The notes beneath the pieces were generated by a model. It was not told the origin of the DNA. It did no database searches and saw only the letters and a program-made list of their open reading frames with translations. From an uncultured Clostridium sp. (GTDB lineage Bacteria > Bacillota > Clostridia > TANB77 > CAG-508): 40,000 nucleotides of DNA. Shown piece after piece: positions 29,884 through 36,975 of this stretch. The DNA lies in the NCBI GenBank assembly GCA_964455415.1, contig CAYVWC010000001.1, positions 716 through 40,715 of the forward strand, given 5' to 3'. The position numbers and the translations under genes are program-made. Numbering within the stretch: the first letter of the stretch is position 1; the number at the start of each line of letters is the position of its first letter.

Positions 29884-31416
29884 TTATACATCTAAATAAT
29901 AATTAGCATTTGTATCTTCACATAGATGCCAAGTACTTATAAAATCAATCTTTTCATTATTATCTAAATTATATTCTGGTTCTACAATAACATTACCTTT
30001 AGCATCTATTGCTCCCCATAGTCCGTCCTTTTTTATAGCTGCATATCCACTACTATTTTGTTCTGTTGCATCATCATATATATAATCTACAACCACATTT
30101 CCGTCTTTATCTACAAATCCGTACTTTCCGTCTTTTTTGCTTAGAAATAGTGTATTAGTAGTTAAAAATGTAGAAGAATCCTTTTCTTCAAACTTAAAAT
30201 TATAATATTTATAAGTATCTTCTGTATACACTCTTAGATATCCTTTAGATTCGTTTACTTCCGAAACTATACCAGTAATTTTAGTTTCAAAATTTGAATC
30301 TATAACTTTTGATACAAGTACTTCATCTTCTATATAATCTGCTATTATAAAATCTCCTGAAGAAACATAGCTAATATCAATTGCCTCAAATGCTAATTTT
30401 TCTTCCTCATTTATATCTATTATACCGTACTTATCATTTTTCTTTGCTATATAGTTATTTGTATTCATTGCGATTATCTCATCATATTCAAAACTTATTT
30501 TTGTCTGTCCATATAAATCTATTACACCAATTTTATTATTCTTTTCAGCTATAATATAATCTCCATTTATATCAACAACATCATCAAATGCGTTTTCTAA
30601 AACAGTTTCTCCTTGTTTATCTATTATAATATAATTCCCATTACTTTTTACAACAACTAAATTACTTGAATAAATACTTTTTATTTCTTCATAATTACAT
30701 TCTAATATTACAGACTTATCAAATCCAATTATTCCATATTTTCCTTCAGAATTTACAACTATATATCCATTTTTATAATCATTTTCTATTTTTTCAATAC
30801 TGCTATAAGCTGTTTCTATTATTACGTTTCCTGAATTATCGCAAAGTCCATAGTTTCCATCTTTTTGTATAATTAAACTATTTGTTACTCCTTGTAGAGC
30901 CTCTATACTATCATACTCACAAGCAAGTATTTCTTCTCCTGAGAAATTACATAAACCATATTTCCCGTCTTTTTGTACTCTTAGAACATTACTTTCATAC
31001 CATATATTTTGATTATCATCATAATTTGCTATAGCTTCCACTATATCATAATCATCTGTTATTTCTTTTCCCTTTGCATTTATGGCTTTTGCTTTATATG
31101 TTCCGTCTTCATAATTTACATCATATGTACATATAAATACTTCCTTTGTACTATCTGGAACTATTATCATCTCATCATATGTTGCTTCTATTACGATTTC
31201 TCCATATGAGTTTACTACTCCCCATTTTCCATTGTCATAAATTGTATAATATGTTAAAGCTTCTACTTTTCCAGATGAACTTGTTGAATAACTATTAAGT
31301 AAATATCTGATTCCTATAATAAACATTACAACAACTAAAATAAATACTATTACCGCTATTATCTTCTTCACATTTAATTTTGAGTCTGCATCATATCTTC
31401 TTGCACGTCTTGCCAT
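29884..31416 (-). CDS. Membrane-anchored WG-repeat (KWG-like beta-propeller repeat) protein
   Basis: N-terminal TM segment (IIAVIVFILVVVMFIIGI) followed by at least 8 repeats of G[KN][YW]G[LIFV]x(4-7)G..[IV]...Y[DES].I, for example GKWGVVNSYGEIVIEATYDEM, GKYGFVDKDGNVVVDYIYDDA and GLWGAIDAKGNVIVEPEY. Confidence 0.7.
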   Translation of the reverse strand: MARRARRYDADSKLNVKKIIAVIVFILVVVMFIIGIRYLLNSYSTSSSGKVEALTYYTIYDNGKWGVVNSYGEIVIEATYDEMIIVPDSTKEVFICTYDVNYEDGTYKAKAINAKGKEITDDYDIVEAIANYDDNQNIWYESNVLRVQKDGKYGLCNFSGEEILACEYDSIEALQGVTNSLIIQKDGNYGLCDNSGNVIIETAYSSIEKIENDYKNGYIVVNSEGKYGIIGFDKSVILECNYEEIKSIYSSNLVVVKSNGNYIIIDKQGETVLENAFDDVVDINGDYIIAEKNNKIGVIDLYGQTKISFEYDEIIAMNTNNYIAKKNDKYGIIDINEEEKLAFEAIDISYVSSGDFIIADYIEDEVLVSKVIDSNFETKITGIVSEVNESKGYLRVYTEDTYKYYNFKFEEKDSSTFLTTNTLFLSKKDGKYGFVDKDGNVVVDYIYDDATEQNSSGYAAIKKDGLWGAIDAKGNVIVEPEYNLDNNEKIDFISTWHLCEDTNANYYLDV

Positions 31417-31455
31417 AAAAACCTCCGCTTTAAATTATTTTAACATCCCTTTATT

Positions 31456-32493
31456 TTATTCAATAGTTAACTCCATACTTGGTGGTACAATTTGAATATA
31501 AGTATTTCCGTCATTAACTTCAATTTCATTTCCTTCTAAATCTTTATATACCGTTCTTCCTGCCCTTGTTGTTTTTTCACATTTTATCTGTATTGCTTTT
31601 CCGTTTGTAATATAATATCCGTCTAAATTTCCAATATTTTCAATTTCTTGTCTACCATATCCTTCATCCTCTGATGTTGTGTAATTTTCTGCAATTGTTA
31701 TAATTATATTTTTTGTAGTTATTGTTTCTCCTGTTAACCAATCTGTACTAAGTGTTCCTTTATAATATCTTTCATATAATCCAGTTTCTGAATTATATTC
31801 ATACTTTACTTTTGAAGCTGCATATGGTATATCAACAGTATTTGCAGTTATTCCGTCTTCTAGTGTCACCTCTTCAGTCACATAATTTAACACATTTCTT
31901 TCCGTTGTTGTTGTTCTGTATCCTTGTGATTGTGCATATTCCCATATTCTCGCTGTGCTTGTTAAAGCATTATGAGGTGCTGTTTTTTCACTTGTTCTCC
32001 AGTAAACATTTCCTGGAGATAATATTCCATTTGCATTATCTATATCAAAATCTTCAACATCCTCTAAAGCTCTTTGGCTTCCTCCATAGTGCACAAATAT
32101 ACTATCATTTTCTAACGCATAATCGACAAATACTGGTCTTGCACTTCTTGTAGGTCCTATTGTATCAACACTTGCATTTTTATATATTGCAAGCATCCTA
32201 GTAAGTCCTCCTTCAACATAAGCTTCATATACTAGCATTGCTTCATTTAGTCCAGTTTGAGGTACTGCATCTCCAACATTATCTATTACTATTGCAAGGG
32301 TTCTTTCATTTCCAGCATACTGACTTTGTTCTGTTTCCTCATCATTTAGTACAACTGTTAAAATGCTATCTTCATCTGTCGTATTTTCACTTAATGTACC
32401 TGTCTCTTGACTTTCCATGAATTTAATTCCAAGAAGAACTCCACATACAATAATAGCAATTACTAATATTCCTACTAAGATTTTTATTTTCAT
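31456..32493 (-). CDS. DUF3048 (YerB-like) secreted/lipoprotein
   Basis: N-terminal signal/TM segment with Cys (IAIIVCG). GPTRSARPVFVDYALENDSIFVHYGGS and APHNA resemble the YerB/DUF3048 family. Confidence 0.65.
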   Translation of the reverse strand: MKIKILVGILVIAIIVCGVLLGIKFMESQETGTLSENTTDEDSILTVVLNDEETEQSQYAGNERTLAIVIDNVGDAVPQTGLNEAMLVYEAYVEGGLTRMLAIYKNASVDTIGPTRSARPVFVDYALENDSIFVHYGGSQRALEDVEDFDIDNANGILSPGNVYWRTSEKTAPHNALTSTARIWEYAQSQGYRTTTTERNVLNYVTEEVTLEDGITANTVDIPYAASKVKYEYNSETGLYERYYKGTLSTDWLTGETITTKNIIITIAENYTTSEDEGYGRQEIENIGNLDGYYITNGKAIQIKCEKTTRAGRTVYKDLEGNEIEVNDGNTYIQIVPPSMELTIE

Positions 32494-32972
32494 TTTAATT
32501 CTCCTTCTATTTTAGTTATTCCTAATCTATTTAGAATATTTTCTTCTTTAATCCTCATTTCTTTTTTATCTTTTTCCTCTATGTGATCATATCCCATTAA
32601 GTGATAAAACCCATGAACTAACATATATGCAAATTCTCTTTCCTCACTATGTCCGTATTCTACAGCTTGTTTCTTTACGACTGGTATACATACCACTATG
32701 TCACCTAACACTTCCTCATTTATTTTTGCTTCTTCTATTTCTTCTTTTTCAAACATTGGAAATGATAGTACATCAGTTGGTTTATCTATATTTCTATATT
32801 CATTATTTATTTTTTGTATATTCTCTTCATCAGTCAAAATAACACTAACATATATTCTATAGTCATATAGATTTTCTTCCTTAAAACATTCTTCAAATAC
32901 TTTATTTATTATTTCAGCATATTTTTTCTCTTCAGGTGTATTTAGATACGAAATTTCTGCTAAATTTCTCAT
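32490..32972 (-). CDS. ybeY: rRNA maturation endoribonuclease YbeY
   Basis: 160-aa ORF with the metal motif HGFYHLMGYDH and TDVLSFP. It overlaps both neighbours by 4 nt. Confidence 0.9.
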   Translation of the reverse strand: MRNLAEISYLNTPEEKKYAEIINKVFEECFKEENLYDYRIYVSVILTDEENIQKINNEYRNIDKPTDVLSFPMFEKEEIEEAKINEEVLGDIVVCIPVVKKQAVEYGHSEEREFAYMLVHGFYHLMGYDHIEEKDKKEMRIKEENILNRLGITKIEGELK

Positions 32973-34156
32973 ACTACGACTTTCCTTTTTGTGTATTTTT
33001 TTCCTTTACTATATGTATTCTTTAGTTTTCGTATTTCTCCGTATTCTACAAGCTTGTCCTTATAAAATCTTATGATATGTTTATTTTGCAAATTGTTTTC
33101 TATATGTTTTAGTTCTTCTTTTATAAATAATACTTCTTTTTTTATTTTTCCACTTTCTGTTTCTTTATCTATTGATTTATACTCTTCCCAGAATTTTTTA
33201 TACTCTTCTCTTTGTGCTGGAACTTCCCAATATATTTTAGTTGATAATAACCTTATATTATAATCTTCTATAAGTGTAATAAGCATTCCATACGCTCTTT
33301 GTTTCTTTTTATCTTTGCTACTTATTATTAGATGTCTTGCCTCTTTAATTAATTTCTCATAACATTGTTCTGCAACAACTAAAGGCAAACTATGTGTGAA
33401 TAGTTTTCTGCTTATAGCAAGTAAATACATCCTTTTTTCTATCTTATCTCTTGTGTCTAATTTTCCAACTAAAAATGTATTGAATTTGTCATATCCGTCT
33501 AATATATCCTCATATTTTTCTTTACCTTCAATTTCAATTTTAATTGGTAATACATTTGCAATATAATCTTCTAAGGTATCAAAAATGCTATCATATATAC
33601 TATCTTTATCTATTATGGTAGAAGATATTTTATCTGCTAACTGTATTGAATAATTTTTCAATATTCCTTTATAAATCCCTTCCATTTTTGACACATAAAA
33701 AGGATTGTACCTTGATAATAACTTTCCTTTATTATCATTTTTTAAAGATATATAATCTAAATCTAGCAAATATTTTTGTTTTCTATATTTATATTCTAAA
33801 TATTGTGTTTCTTTTAAATGTATTACTGTATAATATTTAGAAAGTGCTTCCTCTTCAAATTGTGTTGCTGTCCTTGACCTTACTTTTTTATATATTGAAT
33901 CCATAACATATTTATCAATAGATTCTAAGTATAATATAAACGCATCTTCATATTTCTTTTGAAGTGCTTCTTCTTTTTCTTGTTCTTCATTTTTTGTATA
34001 TGTTTCATAATTTTTAAGCACACTATTTCTTTTTATAGTAATTAGCATGCCGTTTATCCCTATTTTTGTAGGTATCAATAATTTACTTATTGTTGTTGAA
34101 ATCTTTGAGAAAAATGCTCCGTCTGTCTTTGCTACTCTTAATCCTCTTTCTTCCAT
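32969..34156 (-). CDS. Hypothetical K/E-rich soluble protein (395 aa)
   Basis: The ORF is intact and translationally coupled to ybeY (4-nt overlap). I see no TM segment and recognise no family. Confidence 0.4.
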   Translation of the reverse strand: MEERGLRVAKTDGAFFSKISTTISKLLIPTKIGINGMLITIKRNSVLKNYETYTKNEEQEKEEALQKKYEDAFILYLESIDKYVMDSIYKKVRSRTATQFEEEALSKYYTVIHLKETQYLEYKYRKQKYLLDLDYISLKNDNKGKLLSRYNPFYVSKMEGIYKGILKNYSIQLADKISSTIIDKDSIYDSIFDTLEDYIANVLPIKIEIEGKEKYEDILDGYDKFNTFLVGKLDTRDKIEKRMYLLAISRKLFTHSLPLVVAEQCYEKLIKEARHLIISSKDKKKQRAYGMLITLIEDYNIRLLSTKIYWEVPAQREEYKKFWEEYKSIDKETESGKIKKEVLFIKEELKHIENNLQNKHIIRFYKDKLVEYGEIRKLKNTYSKGKKYTKRKVVV

Positions 34157-34172
34157 AGTGTTCCTCCTTTAC

Positions 34173-35370
34173 TTAATATATTATCTTCTCTTCTGTTCCA
34201 ATACTCTCTATTACTTCATATATAACTTCTACTTCAACTGATGTTTCTGTTTCTTCTAAAACATTTACTTGTATGTCTTGAATATTATCTTTTTCTTCTA
34301 TCTCTTCGGATAGTTCATTTTTCAGTTTTTCTATTAATTCTTCCTTCGCTTCTTCTATTGTTAAAGTGATTTTTTGCTCCTCTAATTCATAATATGTAGA
34401 AATCCCTAAGGTTATTGGCAAATAAAAATCAGAAAATAATTTTATTTTTTTATCTTCATTTATTTTATCATATTTTTCAAAATTTGGAATACTTTTGTAC
34501 AAATTTATTTGAAAATTATTTACTTTTATTGTATATCTTTTTTCTTCATTTCCAGTTCTTACTAGGGAAACTTGATTTAGTTCAATTTTTTCTTTTTTGC
34601 TATACCATACTTTAGCTTCTATGCTTCCTGTTGCATGCACATATCTTATTCCTGTGTACTTCCCTTCCATCCATCCTCCTATTAAAATCGTATTTTCCGT
34701 AACAATATCTCCGCACATTTACAAGTATTGTTCCAGATGTCGCTGTTATCTTAGTTATTTGAGCTGTTTTGTCTGAAACAATATTGCAATATTCGTCCTC
34801 ATCTATTATTTCTGGTTTCTTTGTTGTCTCTACTATTTTGACAATTACATTTGTTCCACTTAAATCAATATTCATCCATGCAATACTATCACTTTCAAGT
34901 CTTATCTTATTAATTATCTCTTGCGTATCTATTTTACTCTTTAAACTTCCGACAGTTAATCCACACTCTGCTAAATTATTCATCAACTCTTCTTCAGATA
35001 TACTTTCTAATCCTTCTATTTCTATATTCCAAACAAATTTTGAAGTTCCATATAAAGATATAGCAATAATAATTAAAAGTATAAAAAATACCTTTCTTTT
35101 TCTATACCTATTCATGAGAAATGGAATTCCCCTTTTTACTTCTATCTTCATTTTACACTTTGTCTTTTTTGCGACTTGCTTTAATTTTTTATAGTCCTTT
35201 ATACCTACATTTGCACGCATATATGTTGATTTATTTCTTTTAACGTTCCATAAAAGAATACTTTTATTTATACAAGTATTTATAAATCTTTCTATATAAT
35301 ATCCTTCTACAGATATATTTACATATCCTAAAATATATCTTACTAAAATTCTAAATATCAATTTATTCAC
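34173..35370 (-). CDS. yqfD: Sporulation protein YqfD. Two fragments are joined at in-frame CGG 34713.
   Basis: The N-terminus LVRYILGYVNISVEGYYIERFINTCINKSILLWNVKR is typical of YqfD, with a central TM segment (VFFILLIIIAISLYG). The junction reads GTILVNV-G-DIVTENTILIGGWMEGKYTG. It lies immediately downstream of yqfC, as in other spore formers. Confidence 0.8.
34710..34713 (-). other. +1 recoding junction (mRNA GTG-C-GGA-GAT)
   Basis: The 0 frame gives LVNVRRYCYGKYDFNRRMDGREV...*. Skipping C34713 gives LVNV-G-DIVTENTILIGGWMEG, continuous with ORF 34173..34718. Confidence 0.85.
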
Positions 35371-35646
35371 CTACTGTTCTATTTCTTCAAAATCAATAGA
35401 GTCAATTTTTCCTGTTATCATTATATCTTCTTTATTCATTTGTATTAGCTTTAGATTATATCCGTTTATATTAATAGCACCTATATATGTATTTATTTTT
35501 ATAAAGATTTCTTCATACTCTAATATATTTTTATAATTTTCTATTACCAATTCTTCAAACCCCAATATTGTTATTTTAGGTTTGTCACTTGTTATTTCTT
35601 CTGGCATTTCAAGAAATTGATTTATCTTATTTAATCTATTTTTCAT
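35371..35646 (-). CDS. yqfC: Sporulation protein YqfC (YabP/YqfC family)
   Basis: 91-aa ORF. ITILGFEELVIENYKNILEYEE..I.INT..G.ININGYNL is typical of the YabP fold. Its stop abuts the yqfD start. Confidence 0.8.
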   Translation of the reverse strand: MKNRLNKINQFLEMPEEITSDKPKITILGFEELVIENYKNILEYEEIFIKINTYIGAININGYNLKLIQMNKEDIMITGKIDSIDFEEIEQ

Positions 35647-35878
35647 TTTTCTATCCTTTCAATATATAATCTCTTTAATATATATTGAAAAATACTAGAT
35701 TTAATACATGTTAATTTTTTCTTAATCTTTTTTCCTATAACTTTCACTTTAAGTTCACAAAAAGGACAAAATTGATTGTTATATTATAAGTACACTAAGA
35801 ATAATAGTGAAAAACATCCCCTTTTATTTTTTATTTTGGAAGCCCTAAAGAGGGCTTCTTTATTATTATAGCTAAAGC

Positions 35879-35906
35879 AAAAGCATCAGATTTCTCTGAC
35901 GCTTTT
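35879..35906 (-). terminator. Putative terminator downstream of the 277-aa gene
   Basis: Stem aaaagcatcaga / tctgacgctttt (12 bp with 1 mismatch) and a 4-nt loop, T-rich on both sides. It starts 18 nt after the stop at 35924. Confidence 0.5.
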
Positions 35907-35923
35907 TTTAGCTTATTTTTTAT

Positions 35924-36757
35924 TTACTCGATTATTACTATGTCTCGTTCTGATGTGTAGTTTGAGTTACCATACGCATAGATTATATATATTGTAGCAT
36001 TTGGTCCTAAGAAGTAATTATTTGAATTTTCTATGCTATAAATACTGCTGTTTATATCTCTTTCATACACACTATATCCGAGTGCTGCCAAATTATCTGT
36101 TTGACTTATAGCCTCTTGAATTGTCCTTTTTATTTCTGTCTCTACATCACTTGCATTTTTGCCTCTTATCTCAAGCATACTTGATAATGGTATCTCCTCA
36201 TTTGTAGATAAATTATAAGTATATGCTTGAATTATTATCCTTTGAGCACTATTTCCTTCTTTTAATGTTGATTTAATCAAAACTGATAATATATTTTCAT
36301 TTAGATATGCCGTATACTCCACAGTGTAAACTGTATATCTGGCATTTTCACTATTTATATTTGATATTATACTTGTTACTTTATCTTGAAATATTGAACT
36401 AATCTCTTCATTTATATCTTCTATTTTCTCATGATTAATGTTTATAACAGGGACACTTACCTTTATATCATATTTTCCTTCGTATATCTCTGTTAATGTG
36501 TAGTTAGTATATACTAATTCTTTAGTTTGATCTATTTTATTTTCTCCACTTATACTATACCCTTGATAGTTCATTTCATTATCAAATAATTTATCAAACT
36601 CCACAGTTGTTGTTTCCACATTTCCTGTCACCATATTTTCCGACAAATATGTTTCATCATCTTTGACAAATATTTGATAATATATTCCAAATGCTAAAGA
36701 AAGTACACATATTGCAATAATTACTATTATTATAATTTTTCTTATGTCTATATTCAT
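35924..36757 (-). CDS. Membrane-anchored hypothetical protein (277 aa)
   Basis: N-terminal TM segment (IIIIVIIAICVLSLAFGIYYQIF) followed by an extracytoplasmic domain. It has a weak resemblance to DUF4163/DUF3298-type domains, which I have not verified. Confidence 0.4.
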   Translation of the reverse strand: MNIDIRKIIIIVIIAICVLSLAFGIYYQIFVKDDETYLSENMVTGNVETTTVEFDKLFDNEMNYQGYSISGENKIDQTKELVYTNYTLTEIYEGKYDIKVSVPVININHEKIEDINEEISSIFQDKVTSIISNINSENARYTVYTVEYTAYLNENILSVLIKSTLKEGNSAQRIIIQAYTYNLSTNEEIPLSSMLEIRGKNASDVETEIKRTIQEAISQTDNLAALGYSVYERDINSSIYSIENSNNYFLGPNATIYIIYAYGNSNYTSERDIVIIE

Positions 36758-36814
36758 TATATTTTTCCTCCCAATTTTATATTATTATAACATACTTTGA
36801 TAGAATATATCAAC

Positions 36815-36843
36815 TTGACTTTTTATTTTTTTTAATGTATTAT
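36815..36843 (+). promoter_or_regulatory. Putative sigma-A-type promoter for the clp ATPase gene
   Basis: TTGACT (36815-20), a 17-nt spacer, then TATTAT (36838-43), about 130 nt upstream of the start codon. Confidence 0.4.
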
Positions 36844-36975
36844 TATTAAATAGGGAATTTTAATAATTTCCTATAAATTACTATGTAAAATGCTCATACT
36901 ACTTTCATTAAAGTTAATTTTAATGAAGAGGATTTTATCATATAACATATAAGCTTGAAAGGAGGACTTGATTTT

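Noticed and set aside
36758-36975. A CtsR operator (tandem GGTCAAA heptads) upstream of the clp ATPase gene.
   Set aside because: Only a single partial AGTCAA overlapping the -35 region is present. I found no tandem heptad repeat.
36955-36975. Track start codons TTG 36955 (clp), ATG 23947 (aminotransferase), ATG 3278 (pyruvyl transferase) and GTG 19244 (spoIIE).
   Set aside because: In each case an internal ATG is preceded by a well-spaced GGAGG-like RBS and matches the family N-terminus. The longer forms add non-conserved residues or overlap the upstream gene.
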